Source: Lama glama
Taxonomy: Eukaryota
DNA: 64,000 nt
Assembly: GCA_028534125.1 (NCBI GenBank)
Contig: CM052831.1
Location: forward strand, 930,001-994,000
Direction of reading: 5' to 3'
Shown here: piece after piece, positions 1-9,611 of the stretch
Layout: every line of letters begins with the position of its first letter
Numbering within the stretch: position 1 is the stretch's first letter
Notes under the pieces: model-generated
Told to the model about the DNA's origin: nothing
What the model saw: the letters and a program-made list of their open reading frames with translations, nothing else
Database searches by the model: none
Translations under genes and position numbers: made by a program

Positions 1-847
1 GACTTGGCCAAAAGGCTCGTGGGGTCTGCAGGCCTCCTACTGGGCAGGCTTAGCGTGTGCATCGGTGGGTGAACCCAGCGCCAAAACCCAACCCCTGGTA
101 ACTGAGTGAATGGAGAAGAGCACTGGAAATACACAGGTGGTTCACAGAGGGAAGAGCTAACACCTGGCCTTAGGAAGGGGGGGGGCTCCCAGGTCTGTGC
201 ACCAGGAGCACCCTCACCCCACACCTGCGGTCTGGTGAAGGCACCCCACCTTCCCTGTGCCCCTCTGCCCAAGACGCTGACTGGAGAGAGCGTCTGCCCG
301 GCCTGTAGGGGCAGAGCAGCCACTTGGCTGGAGAAGGCCGGCCACCCAAGATGGCCTGAGTGTGGGAGGGGTGCCGGGCCGCTGAATGACGTCAGTGAGC
401 ACTCCAGGGGGTAGACTTGTGGGGGGAGACTTGGGGGAGAGGGAGGGCAGCGGCGCGGCCCCGCCTGTGGAGAGGCTCACAGCTGCCCTTGCCTGTCTTC
501 AGACTGATGGGGAGAGTTTGGATTGTGACTGCTGGCATGGGACCAGCCTCACTCAGTAGGGGGGTCAAGGCTACACGTCTGCCCAGCAGGGCCTGGGGGT
601 GGGGCCGAGCCCCGGAGCGGGGAATGCGAGGGAGGCTGGGAATGGAGCTGCCCTCAGACAGGATGATGGGGTGGGGCAGGGTCCTCGAGGAGCCCGGGGG
701 CCAGGCTTCTGACTCCTTCCGGAGTCGGGCTGGTGCCAGCTCCTCTTCGGGCCTGTTCCCTGTCCCTGAGCTCCAAACCCAAGGCCCTGTGGGGAGCCCC
801 GGCACCCTCGGACCTCAGCTTAGGAAGTGGGTCCCTCCCGCCCCCAG

Positions 848-1027
848 ATCGGCATCCAGAACTACTCCACCACCAGCAGCTGCCAGGCCCGGGCCAGCCA
901 GGTGCGCAGCGACTACGGGACGCTGTTCGTGGTGCTGGTGGTCATCGGCGCCGTCTGCGTCGTCATCATCGTGCTGGGCCTGCTCTATAACTGCTGGCAG
1001 CGCCGGCTGCCCAAGCTGAAGCACGTG
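848..1027 (+). CDS. PODXL2: PODXL2 (endoglycan) penultimate coding exon: juxtamembrane and transmembrane segment
   Basis: ccccag|ATC...CACGTG|gtgagc; 180 nt, phase 0-0; IGIQNYSTTSSCQARASQVRSDYGTLFVVLVVIGAVCVVIIVLGLLYNCWQRRLPKLKHV, a CD34-family TM region. Confidence 0.96.
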
Positions 1028-1527
1028 GTGAGCGGGGCCGCGGGGCGCGCGCTCAGCGTCTGAGACGCGGTGTGCGGGGTAGGGGGGGCGCTGTGGGTGA
1101 CGCGCTGGTCCACAGCCTGTGGGCGCTAGCCTCACGTTAGGTGCGGGGCGTGGGACACCGGCGCTACCCGCCTGCAGCAGGCCGGCCTGGGCTCATCTGG
1201 GCTCCTCACCGGCCGGGCCCTGTGTTGGGGGTGCCCCGGGGTCAAGGGAGGCTCTCGCAGCGTGGCAGCCCCCCTCGAAGGAAGGGCAGGCACAGCTGTC
1301 CTGCGGTCCGGAGTCTCTTTCTAAGGGGGTGGGTGGCGCTGGGAGGGACAGATGGTGTCCCGGAGGCCACAGGGCTGTTTGGTGCAGAGGATCAGGGGTC
1401 GTTTGAAGGAGTTGAGCTGTGGGGCCACAACGAAGGGCTGCCGTCGGCGCAGGGTGCGGGGCAGGATCAGGGAGGGCTGCGGTCGGGCCGGCCCGGCGCG
1501 CTCGTCCAGCGGCCCCTCCCGCCGCAG

Positions 1528-1740
1528 TCGCACGGCGAGGAGCTGCGCTTCGTGGAGAACGGCTGCCACGACAACCCCACGCTGGACGTGGCCAGCGACA
1601 GCCAGTCGGAGATGCAGGAGAAGCAGCCCAGCCTGAACGGCGGTGGCGCCGTCAACGGCCCGGGGGGCTGGAGCGCGCTCATGGGGGGCAAGCGCGACCC
1701 CGAGGACTCGGACGTGTTCGAGGAGGACACGCACCTGTGA
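1528..1740 (+). CDS. PODXL2: PODXL2 terminal coding exon: cytoplasmic tail ending in the PDZ-binding DTHL motif
   Basis: ccgcag|TCG; SHGEELRFVENGCHDNPTLDV...DSDVFEEDTHL-TGA; 213 nt; DTHL terminus is typical of the podocalyxin/endoglycan family. Confidence 0.97.
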   Translation, partial: SHGEELRFVENGCHDNPTLDVASDSQSEMQEKQPSLNGGGAVNGPGGWSALMGGKRDPEDSDVFEEDTHL

Positions 1741-1850
1741 GGGGCGCGCCGCCCTCGGCGCGGGTCCCCCGCTCCCCCCGACTCTTTACACCTCTCGCCC
1801 TCCCCGCCACCCCGACCCCCGACGCCCCGAGGGGCCGGCCCCGGGACCCC

Positions 1851-1856
1851 ATTAAA
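1851..1856 (+). terminator. PODXL2: PODXL2 polyadenylation signal (ATTAAA)
   Basis: Only poly(A) hexamer between the stop at 1740 and the ABTB1 ATG; GT/T-rich stretch (tcgttctttgtg) follows at about 1902-1913. Confidence 0.75.
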
Positions 1857-2057
1857 GCCGCCCGGAGAGCTCGCCGGGCCCCGCGCATCCGCCTGCGCGA
1901 CTCGTTCTTTGTGCGGCCGGGAGCGGCCGGTCGGTCCTCCGGGCGCCAGGCGCCGCTGCGGGGCGGGGCGGGGCTCCGGGCGGGGCGCGCGTGTTTATAT
2001 CCGGCCGGGGCTGCGCCGCCGCCGAGGACGCCCGGCCGGGCTCCGAGTGTCCGCGCC

Positions 2058-2113
2058 ATGGATACCTGCGACCTGTTCTCCAGCTGCAGGAAAGGGGACG
2101 TGGGCCGAGTGCG
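2058..2113 (+). CDS. ABTB1: ABTB1 exon 1 (coding part)
   Basis: [18 protein letters not shown](R); donor CG|gtgagg. Confidence 0.95.
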
Positions 2114-5100
2114 GTGAGGACCCGCGACGCCGGGAGGGTGCGGGTGGGCCGCCTCGAAGCGCGGGGCTCGGGGGAGACGCGGGCGGCCCCGCCGCAGACC
2201 CCCGCCCGCAGGCTCCCGGCGCCAAAGCAGGGCCGCCCCGGTCGCAGCCGCCCTCGGAGCGGGGCGCGGAGGCAGGTGCTGGCGTGGCTGCTCCTGGGGG
2301 TCCTGGAGGGGAGGACTGCGACGCGAACGCCCGGAGGAGGAGGAAGGGCGAAGAGAAGGGCCTGGAGGCCAGATCCTGGGGGGCGGGCCTGGGGTTTCCG
2401 GACGCGGCTCCTCTGCTGCGCTGTGGACCCAGCGTTGGGAACGCCTCGGGCCCAGAATCTGTCTCTGGTTCTTGGAGATTCGGAATCTCCTAAACGCAGC
2501 TGAAGCAAATCGGGCTCCGGAGTCGCGTCGCTGAGGGCCGGGTGCGGAGGGAGGGGCTGCCCGTTTGGGATATGAGACACCGGTCTTCTTTGGTTCTTTC
2601 TCCCCCAGTCCCGGGTCCCACCCCCCACTTCCGACCTCCCCTGGGCTAGTCCCAGCCCTCCTGACCCCCACGCTGCCCCGGGTCCCTCCCCAGCCCTGGG
2701 TGCCACCTGGGGGTTGAGAGCCCCCAAAGCGCAGTGCTTCTCGGAGCACTCTGCCATCCGACCTGGGCATCCCCCCACCAGCCTGCTCCCCACCATCCTC
2801 GGTGAACCCCCTCACACATTCTGTGGTTATTGCGTCTCCTGACTTCCACCTTCTAGTTTGTCCACTTCTCCTTTCCACACTACCAAGATGCCCTCCCCAC
2901 CTCCCCCAACCGGGAGGCCAACCTGCCACCCCCAGCAGCCAGAGGCGCCCTCCCCTCTCCCAAATGCCTTCAGCCCAGATTCTCAGCCTCTCCGGCCCTG
3001 GGGCCTTGTTCTCTGACGCCCGGGAGTCCCCATTTCCACACCCCGTCTGTGCTGGTCCCTTTGCCTCAGTGCCTTTCCTACTCTGGTCCATGGTCACCTG
3101 CCCTCACCTGGGGGAGGCTGCCCCTTCCCCTTCTGCAGGTCTCCTCCAGATCGGGAACCGTTCTGACCTGGGCTCTGACCTCCCCGCCCAGGTACCTGCT
3201 GGAGCAGCGAGACGTGGAGGTGAACGTGCGGGACAAGTGGGACAGCACCCCCTTGTGAGTGCCGGCGGTGGGTGGTCTGGGCGGCGGAGGGCCTGCAGGC
3301 CTGATAGCCCCGTGCCTGCCTCCCCCTCAGGTACTATGCCTGCCTCTGTGGACACGAGGAGCTGGTGCGCTACCTGCTGGCCAACGGTGAGTGGGGCGGG
3401 GCGGGGCGGGCGGGGCAGGCGGGGGCCTGCTTCATCCGGACCCCTCAGCAAGTGCTGCTCCCCTGCTTTTGGAACCTCTCCTCTACGCAGACACCCCGGC
3501 CAGGCATCACCTCTCCCCTGCGTGTCCCGTAGAACCGGAACATGCCTTCCTGGGCGCACGTCATGACCCGCACCCCCGGCGCCTGCGCTCTCTCCCTCGG
3601 CCCCTCACGTGCCACCTCCTTGGTGCTGCACTGCCAAGCTTGCTCCTTCTCGGGGCCTTTGCACTTGCCCCTCCTCCTGCTAAGACGGCCCTTTCCCAGA
3701 TCTTTTTTTTAATTGAAGTGTAGTTGATTTACACTGTTGTGTTAGTTTCTGGTGTACAGCATAGTGACTTAGTTACACATACATATATATATTCTTTCTC
3801 ATTATAGGCTATTGCAAGCTATTGAATACAGTTCCCTGTGCTCTACAGTAGGACCTTGTTGTTTATCCTATATCTAGTTGTGCAGATCCGCTAGTCCCAA
3901 ACTCCCAATTTATCCCTCCACCCACCTTCCTTCCCCGCTAGTAACCGTAAGTTTGTTTTCTATGTCTGAGTCTGCTTCTGTTTTGTAAATGAGTTCACTT
4001 GTACCATACTTTAGGTTCCACATATAAGTGATATCGTGGTATTTTTCTCTTTTCCTGACTTNNNNNNNNNNNNNNNNNNNNNNNNNNNNNNNNNNNNNNN
4101 NNNNNNNNNNNNNNNNNNNNNNNNNNNNNNNNNNNNNNNNNNNNNNNNNNNNNNNNNNNNNNNNNNNNNNNNNNNNNNNNNNNNNNNNNNNNNNNNNNNN
4201 NTTCCATGTCTTGGCTGTTGTAAATCGTGCTGCTGTGAACATTGGGGTGCAGGTGTCTTTTCAAATTGGCATTCCCTCCAGATATATGCCCAGGAGTGGG
4301 ACTGCTGGATCATATGGTAAATCTGTTAATTTTTTTTTAAAGGAATCTCCATAGTTTCCCATAGTGGTGGCACTGAACTACATTCCCACCAGCAGTGTAG
4401 GAGGGTTCCTTTTTCTCCACGCCCTCTCCAGCATTTATCGTTTGTGGACTTTTTAATGACGGCCATTCTGACTGGTGTGAGGTGATACCTCATTGTAGTT
4501 TGGATTTGTGTTTCTCTGATAATTAGTGATACTGAGCATTTTTTCACGTGCCTCTTGGCCACTTGTATGTCTTCACTGGAAAAATGTTTGTTTTGTCTCC
4601 TGCCCATTTTTTGATTAGATTTTTTTTCTGTTGAGTTGTATGAGCTGTCTGTTATATTTTGGAAAGTAAGCCCTTGCCAGTCATATCTTTTGCAAATATT
4701 TTCTCCTATTTGGTAGACTGTCTTTTCGTCTTGTCCATGGTTTCCTTTGCTGTGCAGAAGCCTGTAAGTGTAGTTAGGTCCCATTTGTTCACTTGTGCTT
4801 CTACTTACATTGCCTGGGTAGACTGCCCTTGGAGAACACTGCTATGATTCATGTGAGAGAATGTTTTGCTTTCTAGCAGGTGTATGGCGTCTTGTCTTAT
4901 GTTCAGGTCTTTAAGCCACTCTGAGTTTATTCTCTGTGTGGTGTGAAGGCTTTCAGCTTTTCACCATTGAGTATTATGTTGGCTGTGGGTTTGTCATAAC
5001 TAGCTTTTACTGTGCTATGTTCTCTACCGATTTTGGTGAGTTTTTATCATGAATGGATGCTGAAATGTATCAAGTGCTTTTTCTGCATCTGTTGAGATGC

Positions 5101-8100
5101 TCATGTGGTTGGACCTTTCTCGTTGATGTGGTGGGTCAGGTTGATTTGCGAATGTTCAGCCCTCCTTGTGACCCTGAGATGAACCTTCCCCTTTCTCTTT
5201 GTTCAGGCCTTTGCCCTCTGTCACGGCCATAGTGACCTCCTGTGGCAGCTGCCAATACTGTCACCCTTCATTTGGCTTTTTCTTCAGCGCACTTGACATC
5301 ATCTGCTAACTTGTCTTTCTGCCTGTGGGACCTCAGTTCAGTGAGGACAGGGACCCATCTGCCTTTTTAGGGTGCAGCCTCTGCACCAGCGCACGGAGCA
5401 GGGCCACCTCCAAGCCTTCTGTCTGTGCAGTCTGTGGTGTGTGTGGACGTGGCTATGCTTGTGTGCCTGGGCCTGGCAGGGAGGGTGCTGGGGTCAGAGT
5501 GGGCCTAGGGTAATTTGGGAAGGGGTCTCCAGGGCCTGTGGGCCCCGCGTGTGGGGAGGAGGGGAGATGAGGATTCCTCTCTGCCCCCCTGCCCCTAGCT
5601 GCAGGGGCAGCCCCATGGCCCTGCTGACTGGTGAGCCCTGCTGTCCCCAGGAGCCCGCTGCGAGGCCAACACCTTTGATGGGGAGCGCTGCCTCTACGGG
5701 GCGCTGAGCGACGCCATCCGCCGGGCGCTGCGCGATTACAAGCAGGTGCCGGCCTCCTGCAGGCGGCGGGACCCCTACTCCAGCTTCCTGCTGCGGTGAG
5801 ATGGAGGCAGCCCCGCCCCGCGGGTCTGTGGGGGGCTTCAGGGCTCCCTACTGGACGGGATGGGGGCTGGAGTGAGACGCGGGGGTGCAGGGCTGAGCAA
5901 CCCCTCCCCCCAGGCTCCTGGAGCAAGGCCTCCACAGTGACGTGGTCTTCACAGTGCACGGGAGGTCCTTCCGGGCCCATCGCTGCATCCTGGGCGCTCG
6001 CAGCACCTACTTCGCCAACATGCTGGACACCAAATGGAAGGGCAAGAGCGTCGTGGTCCTCAGACACCCCCTGGTGCGCCCCTCCCGGGGCCGGGGCAGC
6101 GGTCTGCTGGGGCTTGTGTGGGGTGGCTGCCCTGACCCCTTCCCTGGCTGTCTCTGCCCGCAGGTCAACCCCGTGGCCTTTGGGGCCCTGCTGCAGTACC
6201 TGTACACAGGTGAGCGCCGGGCCGGCGTCGGGGTGCAGCACACCCAGAGGTGATCTCAGGCCCCCTCTTCCTCCGGGTGCTTGTCCCTGGGGCTCTGCCT
6301 CACCAGCAGTCTCCCATCTCAGACCAAGCCCCTCCCAGCGGCCTGGGGCCGGCCGGGCTCCCGTGGCAGCCCTGCAGCCAGCTTGCTGGGCAGGGGGACC
6401 GCCTCCTGGGGACTTGCCTGGGGGCAGGTGAGGGCCCCGCAGACCCCAAGCCCCCATCCCACACTGCCCCCGTGCCCAGGCCGCCTGGACGTCGGCGTGG
6501 AACACGTCAGCGACTGCGAGCGCCTGGCCAGGCAGTGCCGGCTGTGGGACCTGCTCGGCGACCTGGAGGCCAAGTGTGAGTCTGTGCGTCAGTCCGGGCT
6601 TCGGCCAGGGATGGGTGGGGCATCCCCGGCTCCCTGAAGCCGCACTCTCCCCTCCGCAGTGGCTTCCAAGCCAGGCCCGTGTGTGAAGGTGCTGACTGTC
6701 GAGCCCCCCCCAGCAGACCCCCGGCTGCGGGAGGACCTGGCCCTGCTGGCTGACTGCGCCCTGCCCCCCGAGCTCCGGGTATGCGCCCTGCCAGACAGGG
6801 GCCATGGGCAGGGGCGTTTGTGGGGTAAACCTACAGCCTGTTGCTTCCCGCTTCTGAGCCGCTTGCCTGCGTCTAAATCTCCGTGTGGGGCAGCGGCCGC
6901 CGTCCCTTCTCCCGCTTGTGCTGATGGCACCTCCCTCCGTCCCCAGGGTGACCTCGGGGAGCTACCCTTCCCTTGCAATGGCCTCAACAGCTTTCCCGAC
7001 ATCTGCTTCCGAGTGGACGGCTACAGCTTCCTGTGTCACAAGGTGCCAAGTTTTGTCCCCCCAAACCCCCACCCCTGCCTCGAGCCCTGGGCCAGCTCCT
7101 CGGGGCACCAGCCCAGCCTGAGCCCGGCCTCCCCTAGGCCTTCTTCTGCGGCCGCAGCGACTACTTCCGGGCCCTGCTGGAGGACCACTTCCAAGAGAGC
7201 CAGGAGCCGGAGGCCTCAGGCGGTCTCCCGGCCGTCACCCTGCAGGGCGTCTCAGCCGAAGTCTTCACCCACGTGCTGTACTACGTCTACAGCGACCACA
7301 CGGAGGTGCAGGCGGGGTGGAGGAGAGGGGTACAGGCCTGTCGCCGCAGGGCTGAGCGGGAGCATCGGGGTGTGGACTGACTCCATGGGGCTGGGAAGGG
7401 AGTGTGGGCCTGTTTGGACTTGGAGGGGCCTTGGTAGGTTCCAGAGCAGGAGTGTCATGACCATAGCATGTACTTGGGGACACGGTGTAGCCACCTGGGG
7501 TCCCCAAGTTCTCCAGCCAGAAGGTGGGTGGGGACAGTCACCCTGAATCCCAACAGTGGGGAGCTCCAGCCTCAGGCGGCCCAAGGCTGCCACCTCAGGG
7601 CAATGGGGCAGCAGGTGCACACTGCTGGCGTGCGGGTCACTGTGACAGACCCCAGGACACGGTGACTGAGGAACCCTGAGGTGAGTGCCCTGGGCAGGCA
7701 GCTTGCTGAGACCCAGGTTGTCCCGTCCGCCTTGTCATCCTGGCACCCCAGGGTGGGGTCAGCACACGCGCTCCCCTAGGGGCGGTGGCAGATACCACCA
7801 GCTGCCCAGGTCTGCTGTGCGGGGGCCGCCAGGCCCCCGGAGGAAGACGTGCAGCGGTTTCCTCTGAGCAGGGGCAGCTGCACACCTGCATCTCCCGCCC
7901 GCGGGAGGCGGGCTGCGGGGCACGGGGGCCGAGCTGACCTGTGACTCAAGCCCCTTGCTCCATGGTCATCCCGATCGCCGCCTTCCTTGCAGCTGCTGCC
8001 GGAGGTGGCCTACGACGTGCTGGCTGTGGCCGACATGTACCTGTTGCCGGGCCTGAAGCAGCTATGTGGCCGCAGCCTGGCCCAGCTGCTGGATGAAGAC

Positions 8101-8473
8101 AGCGTGGTGGGCGTGTGGCGCGTGGCCAAGCTGTTCCGCCTGGCGCGCCTGGAGGACCAGTGCACCGAGTACATGGCCAAGGTCATCGAGAAGGTGGGTG
8201 CAGACCCCCGGCGGTGGGGAGGAGGGGGCACAGGGGCGGGCATGCCCTGAACCAGCCTGTCCACAGCTGGTGGAGCAGGAGGACTTCGTGGAGGCTGTGA
8301 GGGAGGAGGCCGCAGCCGTGGCGGCCCGGCAGGAGACGGACTCCATCCCGCTGGTGGACGACATCCGCTTCCACGTGGGCAGCGCGGTGCAGACCCGCAG
8401 CGCCACGGAGCAGGCGCAGCAGCGGCTGCAGGCACTGGAGCACCTGCTGGTGGCCATCGGCCTGGACTGCTGA
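2058..8473 (+). CDS. ABTB1: ABTB1 (BPOZ), ankyrin repeat and BTB/POZ domain protein 1; spliced CDS of 12 exons, 470 aa predicted
   Basis: join(2058..2113,3192..3254,3331..3386,5651..5795,5914..6073,6164..6209,6480..6575,6660..6778,6947..7042,7138..7305,7993..8193,8267..8473) = 1413 nt, open frame, all introns GT-AG; [19 protein letters not shown]...IGLDC; ankyrin repeats plus two BTB domains. Confidence 0.95.
3192..3254 (+). CDS. ABTB1: ABTB1 exon 2 (ankyrin)
   Basis: cccag|G; [20 protein letters not shown](L); donor gtgagt. Confidence 0.95.
3331..3386 (+). CDS. ABTB1: ABTB1 exon 3 (ankyrin)
   Basis: ctcag|G; [18 protein letters not shown]; donor gtgagt. Confidence 0.95.
3703..5185 (-). mobile_element. 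5'-truncated L1 (3'UTR plus ORF2 C-terminus, internally deleted near 4948) in ABTB1 intron 3
   Basis: poly-T at 3703-3710; minus-strand translation [40 protein letters not shown] is the L1 ORF2 cysteine-rich C-terminus; contains a 140-N gap. Confidence 0.92.
4062..4201. other. Assembly gap (140 N) inside L1
   Basis: Run of N. Confidence 0.99.
5651..5795 (+). CDS. ABTB1: ABTB1 exon 4
   Basis: ccccag|GA; [48 protein letters not shown](R); donor gtgaga. Confidence 0.95.
5914..6073 (+). CDS. ABTB1: ABTB1 exon 5 (BTB1)
   Basis: [56 protein letters not shown] signature; donor gtgcgc. Confidence 0.95.
6164..6209 (+). CDS. ABTB1: ABTB1 exon 6 (BTB1)
   Basis: [15 protein letters not shown](G); cgcag acceptor, gtgagc donor. 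Confidence 0.95.
6480..6575 (+). CDS. ABTB1: ABTB1 exon 7 (3' boundary uncertain: 6575 or 6587)
   Basis: [31 protein letters not shown]; in-frame donors AAGT|gtgagt (6576) or GTGC|gtcagt (6588). Confidence 0.8.
6660..6778 (+). CDS. ABTB1: ABTB1 exon 8
   Basis: ccgcag|TG; [39 protein letters not shown]; donor gtatgc. Confidence 0.93.
6947..7042 (+). CDS. ABTB1: ABTB1 exon 9 (start of BTB2)
   Basis: [32 protein letters not shown]; donor gtgcca. Confidence 0.93.
7138..7305 (+). CDS. ABTB1: ABTB1 exon 10 (BTB2)
   Basis: cctag|GCC; [18 protein letters not shown]...[15 protein letters not shown]; donor gtgcag. Confidence 0.94.
7993..8193 (+). CDS. ABTB1: ABTB1 exon 11
   Basis: [25 protein letters not shown]...[13 protein letters not shown]; donor gtgggt. 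Confidence 0.95.
8267..8473 (+). CDS. ABTB1: ABTB1 exon 12 (terminal coding exon)
   Basis: cacag|CTG; [37 protein letters not shown]...IGLDC-TGA. Confidence 0.95.
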   Translation: MVEQEDFVEAVREEAAAVAARQETDSIPLVDDIRFHVGSAVQTRSATEQAQQRLQALEHLLVAIGLDC

Positions 8474-8699
8474 CCTGCACGTGTGCTTGCCTGTGTACGG
8501 GGGTCACTGTGGGATGAGGCCCTCCCCCAGCACAAACCAGCCCTAAGGCCGTGGGGCTGGGCACCACTCAGGGAAACCTGGGGTGGGGGTCTCTAAGGGC
8601 CCCCCGCCCCTCCCCACCGTCCTGCAGTGGCTGGTCTCCCTGGCAGAGCTGGCTTCTCCTTGTGTAGAGCAGCCAGCAGGGAGCGTGAGAGTGTGTGGC

Positions 8700-8705
8700 A
8701 ATAAA
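8700..8705 (+). terminator. ABTB1: ABTB1 polyadenylation signal (AATAAA)
   Basis: First AATAAA after the stop, about 230 nt downstream; followed by CA and GT-rich sequence. Confidence 0.85.
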
Positions 8706-9229
8706 GCTTGAATTCACTGTGGGAGCCTGTGTCCCGGGCACAGGGACAGGGCCTGGGGAAGCTTGGGGGTTGGGGCCCGAGGATGGTCTCTGCGCCGTCA
8801 GTGCTGCTAGTGCTCCCTGGCTGTGGCGGCTGTGACCTCAGAGCTGCCTGCACGTCCTGACTGCAGGGCCGGTTGGGGGAGGCCCCGGCCAGCCCAGCAG
8901 CAGGGCGCCAAGTCCAGTGGGCCTCACCAGGCCTGGCTCCCTCCACTGGCCACTGCCTTCCCTCAGCCCAGGGCCCACCTCCCTCACGCCAGCCTCTAAA
9001 CACCGTTGCGTGAAAAAAAAAATATATATCCCCATACCTTTTACTGGGAATAATCATATGCATTCTGTCCCAGCTCAACATCCCCACACTTTTCACGTTT
9101 GGAGAAACAGACCAGCCAACAAAACAACAGAAGCGAAACAAACAGCTTGTAGGTAAACCAGTGTAGGGGCACCTTGTTGTCTCACCCCAAGGGAGACGGC
9201 ATGACCGCGGGGCAGGTGACTGCTATGCT

Positions 9230-9428
9230 GAGTCCTGGGGGACTGGAGCCAAAGGCAGACCAGTAATCCTATTTGAAATGTCAGTGTTTGGTTCGTCACT
9301 AATTTTGATTTTAAAATAAAATATTACATTAAAATATTGCTTATTCTGAGTACTACGATTTTCTGGTGCTCCCTTAATTTTTGTGCCTGAGGTGAGCACC
9401 ACACTTGGCTCACCCTAGTCCTAGCCCC
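9230..9428 (-). mobile_element. hAT DNA transposon remnant, MER53-like
   Basis: Minus strand reads gggctaggactagggtgagccaagtg...cacaaaaattaagggagcacc followed by an AT-rich core, resembling MER53 (from memory). Confidence 0.55.
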
Positions 9429-9611
9429 AAAATACAAACTTTTACACCTGTCCTACAATATGCTTCCCACCTGCCCCCCAAAAAAGGAATGGAGGCTTTG
9501 CAGATATTCTTTCCTCTACCTGGAAAACTCCTACACAGCCTTCAATGCCCCGTCTCACTGCAACAGGAACTGAAACCCTAGAGGGTGGTTAGGATGCCAT
9601 CACAAAGTTAG

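Larger units (their letters stand above)
1440..2560. promoter_or_regulatory. ABTB1: CpG island / ABTB1 promoter overlapping the PODXL2 last exon
   Basis: Dense CpG; tandem GC boxes (GGGGCGGGGC) at about 1960-1986; TATA-like TTTATA at 1994-1999; strong Kozak gccATGG at 2058. Boundaries approximate. Confidence 0.85.

Noticed and set aside
1679-3097. 472-aa minus-strand ORF over the ABTB1 promoter
   Set aside because: GC-rich shadow ORF across a CpG island with no recognisable motif
6615-6659. In-frame downstream donor for ABTB1 exon 7 (G|gtgggg)
   Set aside because: Would leave a 45-nt intron, too short for efficient mammalian splicing
5453-6805. 450-aa ORF antisense to ABTB1 exons 4-8
   Set aside because: Antisense shadow of GC3-rich exons and GC-rich introns; no independent support
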